The notes beneath the pieces were generated by a model, which saw only the letters and a list, made by a program, of their open reading frames with translations, was not told the origin of the DNA and made no database searches. 64,000 nt of DNA from Glaucostegus cemiculus (lineage: Eukaryota): positions 21,576,001-21,640,000 of the forward strand of contig CDPCPM010000056.1 in assembly GCA_976551045.1 (NCBI GenBank), given 5' to 3'. Below, one piece after another: positions 24,975 to 38,720 of this stretch. The position numbers were made by a program, and so were the translations under genes. Position 1 is the stretch's first letter. Each line of letters begins with the position of its first letter.

Positions 24975-25195
24975 AAGGAGTAATGAGTTGAATGACCAGT
25001 TAATCTGATTGTAGAGACGTTGATCAAGGGGTGGGAAGGTGGGGGTGGGTGGTGTTTGGAGGTGGGAGCAATGTCAGCCAGATCACTGGGAGTGATTGTT
25101 ATTACTTTTGTAATTATGCAATACCACCTAGAGCACAGAAATAAGCAGACAATACCTTAGGTTTAATGTCTCAGCTTAAGAACATGTAATGTATG
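24975..25195 (-). mobile_element. Ancient Deu-domain SINE relic (SacSINE1/AmnSINE1-like)
   Basis: aatgaccagttaatctgatt...gttgatcaagggg...gccagatcactgggag...ccacctagag...gcagac...ggtttaatgtctca follows the recalled DeuSINE consensus in order. Confidence 0.5.
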
Positions 25196-25561
25196 ATACT
25201 CTCAAGACTACATGCATCAGTTGAGAATGGCCTAGAGGGTTCAATTAAGTCAGACAGAACACTTTGTGAAGAATATAAACTAAAGTAGCCAATTAATGAA
25301 GCATGCTGGTTAGCTGCTTGAGACAGCCACTGACTGGCCTGGCCCATTTCAAAGAACACACAACTGGACAGGACAAGTCAAACGCTCCCACTGTTGCTCG
25401 TCGCTTAAGACTAATGCAATATAGAACAGCCTGAAGAATCACCTCACCAACACTGTAGGTATGCCAGCAGCCCAACCCACTTGCCAGTTTGGGGTGGGTG
25501 GGTGGTGCATTTACAGTGTTGGTGAGCTTGGGGTACAATAACCCTGATTAACCTTGTGGAG

Positions 25562-25845
25562 AAAAAAAGAGACTGCAGATGCTAGAATCCCCGAACAAAA
25601 ACAGAACCCTGGAAGAACTCAGCAGGTCAAGCAGCATCTGTGGAGTCAAGAGGTACAAGCTGACGTCTTGACCGTATGTCAGTACTGATAGGGAACAGGA
25701 AAGGTTAGCAATGTATAGCGGTACGTCGGTGGATGGGATAGAGGCAGGTAGAGGAATGGTGGAGCCAGATGGGGAAGGCAGATAGAACCAGATGGGATGG
25801 AGGGCTGGGGGGCTGGGGGGAGGGGGAGGAAGTGGAAACAGACTG
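25562..25845 (-). mobile_element. Penelope-like terminal fragment
   Basis: gactgcagatgctagaatc...ggaagaactcagcaggtcaagcagcatctgtggag followed by a G-rich segment homologous to 27630-27830. Confidence 0.65.
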
Positions 25846-27631
25846 TTTTGGCCACTTGTCCAAAAAGAGGGTGGATGTCCATTTTAACTCAGTTCAAGCA
25901 ATGTTCCATCTAGCAGGAGGAAGTAATATGATTCACATTGAGTACAACCAATTCAAGCAAGTTAGCATACCACAGACCTGCATGCCAAAACCAACAAAGG
26001 AGTGCCTCAGGTCTGTTTAAGTGGTAAGGAGGACATCAGAAAGAGAAACGATTGTGGAGACACAAAATTGTCATTAAAGCTTCTGAAAGAAAAGAAAGCT
26101 GTGTAAACTTAATTGATTTGGAAAAGAATTTCAAAGGGAAGGGGTGTAATGACAAAGGATCACCCAAACAGTTGGAGAAAGTTAATGAAAGAGAAACAAA
26201 TGCATGAGGGCATTAGCAGAAATTGGAAAGGCATTCGTTTTCTTAAGTTAAGCTGAATGAAATTTGGGCACAGCCTAATATTTGCATGTGATGGGATAAT
26301 GACAGCCCTGAAGTTTCTAAAAATGGAAACAACAGAATACATTAAATTGGGTAACAATATTGACAATTGCAAAGAAATTAAAGTGAATCAAATCATGGCC
26401 TCACAGCCTTAGTTATTTGAGTAAAATAGTCTCAGATGGAAAGACTTCAAAAATTAGAAATAGCAAATACAAGGTTTGAGTGGGTCATTCATGAAAGAAA
26501 AGTAAGGATAGTAATGGAATTTTAGAGCTTTGGCATTAGAAAGAGATGAGTCAATAGTACCTGTGGATTGTGCTGTGAAGGAAGAGCTGAACACTCAAGT
26601 ACAGGATGGAAAGATAGAAGTAATTCCTGCAGTGAGGTGAATTACTCTCCTGAAATAGTTGACTGCTAATTTAAATATATATGTAATGTTCCCAAAATGG
26701 CACCATCTGGTGTGCAGGTTGAGTAATTTATCTATTCAACACCTGTAGCGCATGACAACTTGCATTTATCACGACGCTCCTCATGAAGAATACATCCTCA
26801 AAACTAATAAAAATATTTGACAAGCATTATAAAATTAGATAACGTGGCATCCTTTTTTAAAAATTTGCATTGATGAGTTTCAAGACCTACTTGATATTTA
26901 AGGAATAGCTGATTGTAACCCAGATTTAGGACTATCAATTCAGTGAGACACTACTTGATCCAATACCATTGCAGAAAGCTATCAGGGCTTTTAAAATGCT
27001 TCCAATCTGTGGAGATCTTTATGATAATCTTCTCCCTTTGCCTTGCTTCCCTGCTCCAACACAGATCAATGTCAACTAGGCTACTCCTACCAAGGGTCCC
27101 ATGGTGTTGCCATCAAATAGTTAGGGGGCCAACTACATTGAAAATACTTTGGGAAGCTGCTCTTCAGCCTCGTGGGATACCAAGATCACAATACAAACTA
27201 ATAGTTTACAATTGAAATAAAGGACCTGCTGTCACTGAAACACCACATGGTACACAATCATACATACTTCCTTTTAGGCTTTTTCTGAATTTCTGGACAA
27301 TACGGAAGTTATTCTGGTATTTCTTCTCTTTCTTGGCTTAAAAATATCTTTTTAACAGATTGGTCTATTCATTCAGTTATAAAGATAATAACCCCTTAAT
27401 ATTTCCTCTCTTTCTCCTTTCATCATAGCTAATACTTCACACTCTGTCTGGTTCACCCATTACTTCCACTTCTCATTTTAAACTGGAATTCAACACAATA
27501 AAACACCAAAGGGATATAAAAAGTGCAATGGGTGTAATTATAAATTAGGAAAATGAGAATTTATGAAGAAATACTGGTATCTAAGATAAAGGAAGATCTT
27601 AATATGTATAAAGGGTAAGAAGAAAACAAAA

Positions 27632-28228
27632 GGAAGTGTTGAGCAGGTCAAGCAGCATCTGAGGAGGCAAAAGGTGTAAGATGATGTTTCAGGTTGAGAC
27701 CCTACATTAGGACTGATAAGGAAGAGGAAAGATTGCCAGTATATAGCAGTACAATGAATGGTGGGATAGAGGTGGAGCCATATGGGAAGGGGGCTGGGGG
27801 GAAGGAGGATGGGAGATATGAACAAAGAGAGAGGAAAACTAGGTGGTTGGGTGAGTGTTTGTGGGAGGAGAACACTGGGAAAGTGGTAACTTGTTCTCCT
27901 CCCACACACACTCATCCATCCAACTTGTTTTCTTCTCCTTTTGCTCACCTCTCTCAACCCCCTCCCCCACATGGTTCCATTGGCCCATCATCCCCTCCCG
28001 ATATAGTTTCACCAATCATTTATCAGCCTTTATTCCCTCTTCCCGTCCATGCCCCCATATTGCTATATACTGGCAATCTTTCCATGTCCCTCTCAATCCT
28101 GTGCAGGGTCTAGGCACAATATGTCAACTTACACCTTTTGTCTCCACAAATGCTGCTTGACCTGTTGAGTTCTTCCACTGTTCTGATTTTTGATATCGAT
28201 TCCAGTGTCTGCAGTCACTTTTGTTTTC
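27632..28228. mobile_element. Long inverted pair of Penelope-like termini (~600 bp fold-back)
   Basis: Perfect 23-bp inverted match 27726-27748 / 28061-28083 and 15-bp match 27644-27658 / 28150-28164. Confidence 0.8.
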
Positions 28229-28229
28229 A

Positions 28230-29110
28230 AAAGGAAGAGTTAGGCCTTGTAGTGGATTAGGGTGGAAGATAAAGGCATGGTTCTAAATTAGTACTTTGGG
28301 CCCGACTTCACAAAAGGGGAGAAGCATACTTTATTGATAAGGAAGAAAAGTGTTAATTTTTTTAAAATTTTATTTACAGCGTGGTAACAGGCCCTTTCGA
28401 CCCTCCGAGTCCACAACGCCCATTTTAACCCCCCCCCCAAATTAACCTACCCATACATCTTTCAGAATGTGGGAGGAAACTGGAGCAACCGGAGGAAACC
28501 CACGCAGACACGGGAGAACGTACAAACTCTTTACAGTCAGCGATGGGAATCGAACCCCAATCGCTGGCGCTGTAACAGCATCGCACTAACCGCTACGCTA
28601 TCGTGCTGCCCTTAAGTATTAGTTATGATGAAAATAGAAAGACAGGAAATATTTAGAGGTTACCATTTTTATTATTGAATGAATAGCTTGGTCTGTAAAG
28701 ATATCCCAGTTTTTTAAACCAAGAAAGAGGAACTTTAAGAGGCACTGTCAGCTTCTAAACTTCTTTGACCAGGAAATTTATTGAAAGACTGTGAGGCCAA
28801 GACTGGGAGACATGGCTTTGTTTGAGAAACAGTATTACTCATTATTTAGAGTGGCAGAAATTAATCAAAAGCCATCAGCATGGAAAGTCTTTGAAACTTC
28901 TTTAACTTTTTTGAGGATGTTGTAGGAGGTTTACTGAGGAAAATGCAATTGGCAAGGATAGAAGCAAGGCTTTTGACAAAGTTCCACATGGCAGACTGAT
29001 TAGAAAAGCAAAATAGCAAGGAATTCAAGGAAAGCTAGCAAATGTATTCTAAAAAATTGTTCAATGCAGGAAGGAAAGGATAATGGGTTTCCCAGTGACT
29101 GGGAGGATAT
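28230..29110 (+). mobile_element. Decayed CR1 ORF2 fragment interrupted by a V-SINE
   Basis: aaggcttttgacaaagttccacatggcagactgattagaaaa = KAFDKVPHGRLIRK (~28966-29007). Confidence 0.75.
28357..28611 (-). mobile_element. Young tRNA-derived V-SINE, copy 2
   Basis: Co-linear and highly similar to 20077-20314. A-rich tail; flanked by ttaa on both sides. Confidence 0.9.
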
Positions 29111-30805
29111 TTGCGGCTGGTTTTGAAATTATGTTACGCACTGAGGAAATTTCCGCAATGCAGTTCCAACTTTCTGAAGGGATAGAAGTAAAACCTTTCT
29201 GTAAAAAATGTGTACAATTTTAACTTAAAATACTGCATCAAATCAGCCCACATTCAAAATATTTTCATTTTGAACTTCACTACTGAGGCACAGGAATAGG
29301 ATTCAAAACATTCCAAATGTACATGTCATGGGAGCTTTAAGTGGTTCTCCACGACTAGGGGTAAAATGTAGGGCAGTGGGAGTAGCTTTGGATTACTCCT
29401 GCAAAGAGTTTGCCTCAGCAAAATGAGCCAAAGGACCTCCTTCAATACTGCATATTTTAATGACTATTTTTAAAATCAACATGCACTCTCAAGCAAAGGA
29501 ATAAAGTTTGTTGCCTGTTTGTGGGTTGGAGCAGAAGAAAGGGCAGGAGAAAGATGTGAAAACAATTTACTGCTGCCCAAAATACACAAAAAATCATATC
29601 CTTCAAATTCTGAGAATTGTTTCAATGCAACCATTTTTTTTCAGTTAGAAATTGGTTATATTGAACCCACAGAAACTGACAGGCTACTTTTAATATGAAA
29701 GTCAAAAATTTTTGAACAAAATATACGAAGTTTACCTAAGTCATAAATACATTAAGAAAAACAAGCTCTTCACCTCTGACTCTTAACCCATTTAACATTC
29801 TTCGTCATAGCGATTAACGGTCATTACCAAGCCATATTGTATGTAGTGCCAAGACTTTCTTTTGGTTACAAGAATTCTGGGGCCTTTGTATGAAGAAATG
29901 AGTTTTGCAGATGTTCGTGATGCACAGGATGTCAGAGTCATTGAAGTCATCCAGACTAAACATTCTCATGGGCCAGGGACCTGCATTAACCAAACAAAGC
30001 TGCCGGTCTGCTGTATGAAAGGATGACCAACTGATCAGACTCTGCCCAGACAGGGTGTGCTATTTTTGGTCCGATATCCTTGAAGGTTCAAGAATTTGGA
30101 TCTTTTCATGAACTATATTATATCAAGTTGTCCTCCACATATGAGACTGGTTACTTAGATACACAGTGCATTTGCCAGCTTACTGAAATGGTATTAGTTT
30201 TTGCACGATATTTTGCTTTGCTGTTCAGCTTAATCCTAGACCAGATAATATTGACTTCATTAACTATTTTGCCATTGTGGATGGGTTTTTAAATAAAATT
30301 TTGCCAGGTAACATGTTTAGGTTTAAAAGCAGTCATTTCTCCATGTCCTTTCATCCTTAATGACCTAACAGATGCACCCCTTTAAATGGAATCACTGCAG
30401 CAGAAATAATACATACTTGAAACCTGCACGAAGTAGGCAGAGCAACCATTCCGTGCATCTATCTGTGTGAACCTGATGCCAGAGCAAAGTTAGGTTTCAG
30501 TATTGTACATTTTCAAGATGGTCTCCAACTGACAATTCTACCGCTGCAGGGAGTCAATGCGTTGTTTTCAGGAATACAACAAACTTACTCTAATGCATGA
30601 TCTATTGCCATAACATTTAACTTGGATCAGGAGGCCATTTGACCCAACATAACTCATTCATCCAGAAAGCCAATGTTTTCCTTTTATAGCATTAAGTTAA
30701 GCCAGTCATTTGCTTCCATTACTCTATCAAAAAGTCTGCAGCTTGATCATAGCTTGGGTACTGAATAATTCCTAAAATCATACTCCAAATGAATCAGTAA
30801 TTGGT

Positions 30806-31190
30806 CATTGGTTTATTACTATCACATGTATCAAGATACAGTGAAAAGCTTTAGTTTGCATTCTATTCAGACAGGTCATTCCAAGCGTAAATACATCAAG
30901 GTAATACAAAGGGAAAAGCAATAACAGAATGCAGAATATAGTGTTACAGCTACAGTGAAAATGTAGTGCAGGTAGACAAATAAAGTGCAAGGGTCATGAC
31001 AAGATTGACTAAGAGATCAACAGTTCACCTTTATCATACAAAAGATCTGTTCAAGAGCCTTATAACAGCAGATTAGAAGCTATCCTTGAGCCTGGTTTTG
31101 TATCTTCTGCTTGATGGATGGTGGGAAAAGAGAGAATGACTGGGGTAGAGGAGTCTTTAATTATGTTGGCTGCTTTCCCAAGGCAGCAGA
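30806..31190 (-). mobile_element. Rex1/Babar LINE 3' end
   Basis: Reverse complement is homologous to 18030-18340 (agaagatacaaaacc..ctcaagga.agcttctaa.ctg.tgttat). Confidence 0.75.
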
Positions 31191-31269
31191 TTAAGGATTT
31201 AACTTAAAATAATATTCTAATAATTTAAGTTATCAGTAATTTGGTTCTCTTTTTCAAGGTGGCCTTTAC

Positions 31270-32280
31270 AACACCTTTTTAGTCTGACAGAATGTATTTC
31301 TCTAGCCCGTCTTCATAAGCCAGGCACCTGACCCTTGTGAACACTCTCATGAGGCTTGCCTGAACTCTCTCCAGTACTTGAATGCCTCACTTGTTTCTTG
31401 GTGAGCAGAACAGATTGATATTAAGGGTGGACTTTGACTAAAACAACATAGCTCTTGATCACCACCTCCTGATAGATTTTACTGCTTCGAGTAGGTATGG
31501 TTATACACCTTATTAGCTTTGTTAATTGCTTCTCTTCAGTCTTAATTTGTTTTTTTGCCAACTTTAGCTCTTTTAACACCATACATAGGGGTTGGGTTCT
31601 TCTGTATTTCTTCTTCCTATCTGCAGGACTTGACTTGTGACTGTAATAAATTTACTCTGCCATTTACTCCTGCCCACTTACATGTACTGCCCAATTCCTG
31701 TTATATTTGAACTGATTCCACTGTCTTTTCAAGATGGTCATCATCCATAACTGTAACAATTTGGAACAGTGTTTCTGAATTCATGTCACATTCTGTAAAT
31801 TAGAAATATCAGTGGTCCCATCACTGGGACAACTCATATGATATTTCTTCATAGTCTGATTGAACTCATTTAGAAAGTTTGTTTCCTCTGCAGCTGCAAG
31901 TTTCTCATTTATTCTCTGAGATTACCTTAAACTTTCGCAATCATGATTTCAATTAAAAGCTAGTTTTGTGGAACTTTACCAAAACCTTTTGGAAGACATT
32001 GTAAAGCATGCTTGAATACTTACAACAAATTGCTCATTTGTTAATTCCTTAGGAAGGATGGTTAGCCAGAATCATCCCCATCTGGATCCATGTTGACTGC
32101 TGTTAACTATATTATGGTTGTACAGACAGTACTTAAGTTTACTCCTGATAATTGACTTCAGTATTTTACATGGAGTGGAAGCAAGACTAATGGGTCCATA
32201 GTTGACTATTTGTTTTACAAGTTTATTTATTGTCAATCATCTTCCAGGCACTTGGGACTTTCTCTGGGTGGTTTTCAAAT
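31270..32280 (-). mobile_element. Very old CR1-like LINE
   Basis: Minus strand NYGPISLAS (~32180-32205) and a decayed FQKAFDKVPH (~31970-31995). Confidence 0.55.
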
Positions 32281-35149
32281 AAGGTTACATTCAGGTGGTA
32301 GTATGATTTTACTTTCTTAACTCCAAGAGACTAGTCCTATTGCCTGATCGGCTACCTTTCTGCACTGCAAGAAGTGTAAATGCACTCCAGCATTTAACAA
32401 TCTAATAACTGTCAAACATTATACCCACGTATCAGTTAGATATATAGCCAAATTCTGCAGTAGATAGATACGATTAGAGTGAAGCAGGAAGACTGTTTGT
32501 ATATGTGTGTGGATTCACTGCTCATTGCACCATTATGGTGTAATTTACTGTAAATTTTACTTTAAACACAGAGTTTTCAAGAGCTGTGATAGCGGTCCTG
32601 TCAAACACTGAGGGCAATTATGACCATTAGTTTCACATCATGCCAGTGGCTAGGCTTTCATTACTGACTGCCTGATAGCCAGCAGAAGTGAGAGAGCTAT
32701 AATCTACACCCACTTTCAGTCCATCATGTTAAAAAAACAGCTGAATTGTAAAACTTAAGTCCGGTGCTATCAAATGCAAACGAATGACTCAGAATACTAA
32801 AAGGAAGAAACCATTTTTTAGTAAAGAATTAACCCTCTAGATACTGGCATTCTCTTTGGATCAGTGGGATGCAATCCCTGAATTTATTTTTTTAAAGCAA
32901 CTTTTTGCAAGACCAATCAAAAGAATTCAAGAACATATTGTTGCTGACTTACTAATGGTATGTAGTTTTTTTTAAATGAATGGGTTTAAGATGTTTTTGT
33001 TTGTATTTCAAAAAGATGTTTAATAAAATCAGTATGCAGATAAGAAATTTCAGTAATTATTTTTGTGTCCTTAATCAAGTGCTTATAAAAGATGTTTTTC
33101 TTAACAACAAGAAAAAATCTCAATGCTACACAACCACAGTAAATGCATTATTATTTGACAATACAACATTGTGCTTCTATTCATAAAATGCTGAAATCAA
33201 ACTGAAAAGCAATTACTAAATCACAATGTGTCATTTCACATTCAGTCATGCTTTTATATAAAGCTTGCTTACAGCATTTGCCATTATTCCAGAAATAGGC
33301 TAATGAAGCTATAGAATTTACTTCCAAAATTCCACACAATTGCTTTTCTAAGATTCCCAATTTCTTCCATAAAATTCAATTTTCATATTGAGAATCCTAC
33401 AGAACAATTTGAGAAAGGGAGTTACTTTTATCTTGATGTCAGATGGAAAATAAATATTGGAGAAGCTAGGCTACTAATCAAGGTGTAATGTAAAAAGGAA
33501 CTATCAATCCATATTTTAATGTTGTCTGAATATTGTACTTCAACCTCATTTGTCTCTGTGCCAGTTCACAAGATAGCTCTCGAGTCTCTCTTCTGAATGC
33601 CCTCTTGTCAAGACTTAAGGAACAAACAAAAGGAGTAATGAAGGCACTCTGAAGACAGTTTGCAGTAATTCAGCAATCCTGAGCTTAGGTCAAATCACTC
33701 CAGTCCTTCAGTGAAATCTATTTCCATGAAATATAACTCAATGTTCAATACAAGTAGCGAGTCAATTTACAGTTTTGGGATTTAGTAAATGCAATTTGCC
33801 ATTCCTTACTGGTTAAAGTTATATAAAGCATGTAAGCATATTAATAAGTTAAAAGATTTTGAGTTTTGGCTTAAGATGTGAATTTCACTTTCTAATTTAA
33901 CAAATTTTGAATTAGAGAATAATAATAAAAGCATGTTAATAACTCAGAATCAGCTTTGAACAGGAAATCATGCTTGAGAAGCGTTCCATAAACTGTACTA
34001 AAAGTATTTAAATTATGTCGTGCAGCATATTTTTACCCCAAGTCAGTAGGTTCTTTTTGTGGTAAATCATGCAAAATAAAAACATGTAATTTATTTTGTG
34101 AATATAATTTCTGACATCATACAGTTATACATACATGAAATTTTAATTAAATGATGTACACTATACATAGTACATTTTAATGCAAAATATCAAGAATTTG
34201 AATAATTCAATACTGTAATTTATAATGACACTTATAATTTATAATATACAGCACATTACATATTTTATGATGTAACATTTTACATGCAAAAATTGAATTG
34301 TTTTCCCATAAGGAGTTTGAAAATCTGTGTCAGTAGGTCAGAAGGCAAACATAACAACAATTAAAAATTATTGTGGCTAGTAACACAAAACAGAATGCCA
34401 GTAGATTGGTAGCTTAATTTACACTGCATGGAAGTTTATTTTGCATTAACCTGAATAGAAAAGCAAACTGCAATGAAATTGACTTGTGTTGTACTTTAAT
34501 CACAGCTTTCCTGAAATAGTGAAATTTAGCAGCAGACAGTTATAAAACAGTTTTCATATTATTTTAATCATCCATCAAAAATTCACTTGTCCTGTGAATC
34601 AGTTACACATGGTGCTTTTAAAAAGAAAGAAATCATAAAATACCATATGCATTTAATGTTATATGTCACGATAAGTGAACAAAAGGAGTCAGTAATTCAA
34701 TTTCAATAGTTTGATTTATGTTCATAAACTACTTCAAATTTGCTTATGAAAGAACCACTTAACTGAATGACTAATGTTTCAATCACTATGATATTGTCCT
34801 CTATAAACTGACATAGGATGCAGATTAAAACTATTTATATTTGTAAATCTACCATGTCGTATGTTAGCAGCTTGTGCTGACTCACAGTCAGATAAAGAAT
34901 CTTTTCAGTATTTGCTTCAAACATGGATAAATAACCTTTGAAAAATTTTACAGGATTCTCCTCCACTGGCCCGTACAATACTATTACAGAATGTTTCAGT
35001 TTTGATTATCAGTCAAAGGTAAATTAACTAATATGTGCCTGGGAAGAGTTTGGGGTTTTATAAAAAGGTGTTAGTAGTCCAGGCTGGTGTATTCCTGACA
35101 GCTAGAAAGTGACAAGTATGGTTACTGAGCGAGTCTGAGTTGTAACACA

Positions 35150-37740
35150 TCATATGGTTGAATAGCCTGTCAATGTATATGAAGAATAGCAATTTGGGCA
35201 ACAAATTGGTTTGGAAATGTGACACAATGTCCACAAGTTGATCACTATCTCAAGGAAAAGTGAAAAGTAAATAATCTTATAATAGGATGATCTTGACCTT
35301 GTTCTCGCCATTGTACCTGTTGTGGATGCACCTGTCGATGACAGCATTAGCAGGGGTGGTCACTCCATAGTCATTCTTGAGACATAGTCACTTCTTCACT
35401 TTAAAAGCACTTGGCATCTTGTTGTGTGGCATTATCACGGTTCCTAATGGGGGAGGCCCAGAAATGATCTGGAAGCTCAAATCTTGGCAACCATGAGGTG
35501 CTGCGGATCATCAGCCACCACCACAGAAATATATACCACCACAATCAGTCTCCTCATGGCCCAGCACATCCTCACTCTGCTGAGGCTCAATAGGAGTACA
35601 GAAAGATATGCCGGGAACAGCAGCAGGCATACTTAAAAAGGATTAAACCTGTCAGAGCTGTAACAGAAGATCATCTGTGTGCCAAACAGCAAAAACAGTG
35701 CACAATATGTAGAGCTAAGCAATCTATCAACAACCAATCAGATCAAACCTCAGCAGCCCCGCCACATCTAGTTATAAGTGAAGGTGAACAATTAAGCAGC
35801 TAACGGGAGCTGGGGATGCTAAGGACATTACTGTCTCCAATAATGGCATGACCCAGCATGTGAGGCCCAAAGACAACAGTGAAGCATATGTGACACACTT
35901 AGCCAGATATACTAGGCAAATGGTTTATCTTGGATTCCTGTAATCTCCACAATCACAGAAATCAGTACTCACTCTATGTGAACTGAAGAGATAGCTGAGC
36001 ATATAAACAGCAAAGGCTACAGCACCAAGCAATATCATAAATTTAGCAATGAAGACTTAAACTTGAAAACCACTCATGCCTCTGGCCAAACTATTCCAAC
36101 ACAAATACAACTCTGGCATCCAGCCTAGAGTGCGGAAAATTACCAGGAATGCTATATCCAAAAAAGAACTTCAAACTGACTACACATTGTCCAATCAATC
36201 TATTTTCATTTTTTGGGACAAGAGCGTTGTCATGGAAGCCAGCATTTATTGCCCATCCCTAACAATCACTGAGAGGGTGGTGGTAGGCCACCTTAATGAA
36301 GCACTGCAGGACGCTTTCAATTGGGTTGGATACGGAGCTTCAGGATTTATATCCAGCAATGATGATGTAACAGCAATATATTTCTAAGTCAGGATGGCGT
36401 GTGACTTGGAGGGGAAGATGCAGGTGATGGTGATCCCACGTGCCTGAAGCCCTTGATTTAGAAATCATGGGTTCAGGAAGTGTCATCGGAATAAATTAGT
36501 CAGGTATGTTTTGGGGATGACATGTGCTGCAACCGCTGTGTGCCAATGGTGGAGGGAATGAACATTAAAGGGAGTAGATGGGATAATAATCAATAAGGCT
36601 GCTTTGTCCTAGATGGTGTCAAACTTCTTGAGTATCATTGAAGCTGTACTCCTCCAGGACATGTGATGGTTGTCAAGAGGTGGCTTCTCTTCAATAATGT
36701 GATTACTGATGCCCAAATTGGCTTTCGTCAAGACCATTCAGCTACAGATCTTAGGAGGTGTGATGAGAGTAACTGTCCTTGACATAAAGGCAGCATTAGA
36801 CTGAACATGGCACCAAAGAACCCAAGTAAAATTGAAGTCAATGGACATGAAGGGGGAAAGAAGATTCTATTGCATAGGACTCATACTTTGCACAAAATAA
36901 TGTGGTTGTGGTTTTTGAAAGTCAATCATCCAAGCCCCAGAACATCACTGTGGGAGTTTTTCAGGATAGTGTCCAAGGCCCAACCATCTCAGCTACTTCA
37001 ACAATGACCTTCCCTTCATCACAAGAAGCAGGGATGTTTGTTGTTGATTGCACAATGTTCAATTCTATTCACAACTGCATGGCAAACAAAGCAGTAAAAC
37101 CTATACAACATATAGGCACGGGCAGATAAACAGCAAATAATATTTGTGTCACTAAACTGTCAGGCAATGACCATCTTTAACTACCTAGCTGTGATATTCA
37201 ATGGCATGATCAATAATATCCCGCAGATTGACCTTTGACCAGAACCTCAACTGGACATAAGTAGAGTGCATGCAAGAGCAGGTCAGAGGCTGCAAATACT
37301 AAATCTCCTGACATCCCAAAGCTTTTCTGCCATCCAAAAGGCACAAAACAGTAGTCTGATTCATGAAGTTCCAACGATAGTCAAGAAAGTCAACACCATC
37401 CAGGACAAAGCAGACCACTTGATCAGCACACTATCCACCACCCTATTCATTTTCTCCATCTCTGATGCACAGTGGCTGCAGTATTTGCACTCACAAAATG
37501 CAGTGTAGTTATCTGCCTTGGATTACCTGGCATCACCTTCCGAAATAATGATCTCTAGCACCAAGGCAGACAAGGTAGCAGGCGCATGGGAATATTAAAA
37601 CCTACAGGTTCCGCTCCCCCTAATCACAAATCACCCTAACTCAGAAATATATTGTCATTCCTTTGTTATTGTTGGGCCTAGATCCCGGAACTCTCTATGC
37701 ACAGTAATGTCGAAGTATCTTTACAATAAGGACCACCATG
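35150..37740 (+). mobile_element. Decayed CR1/L2-group LINE (ORF2 with RT)
   Basis: RT motifs DAQIGFRQDHSATD, VLDIKAALD, QDSVQGP and GMFVVDCTMF (decayed FADD), with many stops and frameshifts. Confidence 0.8.
36205..36660 (-). mobile_element. 3' end of the same LINE family inserted antisense inside the element
   Basis: gccagcatttattgcccatccct is the family 3' terminus in reverse. 36375-36445 is the approximate reverse complement of 37575-37655. Confidence 0.7.
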
Positions 37741-37749
37741 GTTCAAGAA

Positions 37750-38720
37750 GGAAATACAAAAGTAAGCTGCCACAAGAAAACAGGTTTTAAGAACCTCAGC
37801 AAGTATGTAAATTTAGAGGAGTAGTGAAAACAAACCTGGGGTCTCTTAGCATTTGAGACAGGAGGAATGATAACAGGAAATAAGAAAATGGCTGAGACTT
37901 TAAGCAAATATTTGTATCTGTCTTCACAATCATAAGTAACAGAACAGGAATATTGAGGAGTCAAGAAGCCAAGAGTCAGGTATTTAAAGAAATAAATAAC
38001 TAGTCAAAAAAATTGTTGAAAAGTCAGTAATTCACTGCACCCAGTGGCCCACATCCTACGGTTTTAAAACAGGTGGTTGCAGAGAGAATGGATACATTAG
38101 TAATAATCTTCCAGAATTACTTAGATTCTGAACCAGTCTCAGTGCATTTAAAGGCAGTAAATGAAGCACTGCTAATCCACAAAGGAGGGAAAGAGAAAAT
38201 AGTGAGTGAACCACAGCCCAGTTCACTACTGTTAAGGAAGTGGAATCAATGCACTGAAAAAAAATCATAACTTGATTAGATAGAGTCAACATGGTTCTCT
38301 GAAGAGATAACTCAGTTTGACAAAATAATAATGTTTTCTAAGGATGCTACAGCATGAAATTAGTGGATGTGGTACATCAAGATTTACAAAAGACATTCAT
38401 TAAAGTGCAACATGAAAGGCAATATAAGGAGCTGCAAGACAAAAGAAAATATACATGAGTGTTGGTAGAGGGTTCGTTAAGGGACAGAAAACATAAGAGA
38501 GAAAAGTGGTCATTCTCAGTCTGGAAGGTACACATTCTCAGCCACAGAATGTGTACAGGTACATCAAGCATCTAGGAAGTCAAATTATATATTGGCCTTC
38601 AGTCCCAAGGAGTTGGAGTGCTAGCATATGGAAGTCTTGTTGCAACATTATTGGACTTTAGGGTGATCACATCGTGTCCAGTTTTGATCTCTATCCTAAA
38701 GGGAGGGTGTAATTTTGCCT
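37750..38720 (+). mobile_element. Decayed CR1 ORF2 fragment
   Basis: ETGGMITGNKKMAETLSKY..SVFT, LVIIFQNYLDS and DLQKTFIKVQH (decayed DFQKAFDKVPH). Confidence 0.7.

Noticed and set aside
25885-26430. Purine-rich stretch resembling the CR1 ORF2 linker
   Set aside because: Too decayed to support with a clear motif.
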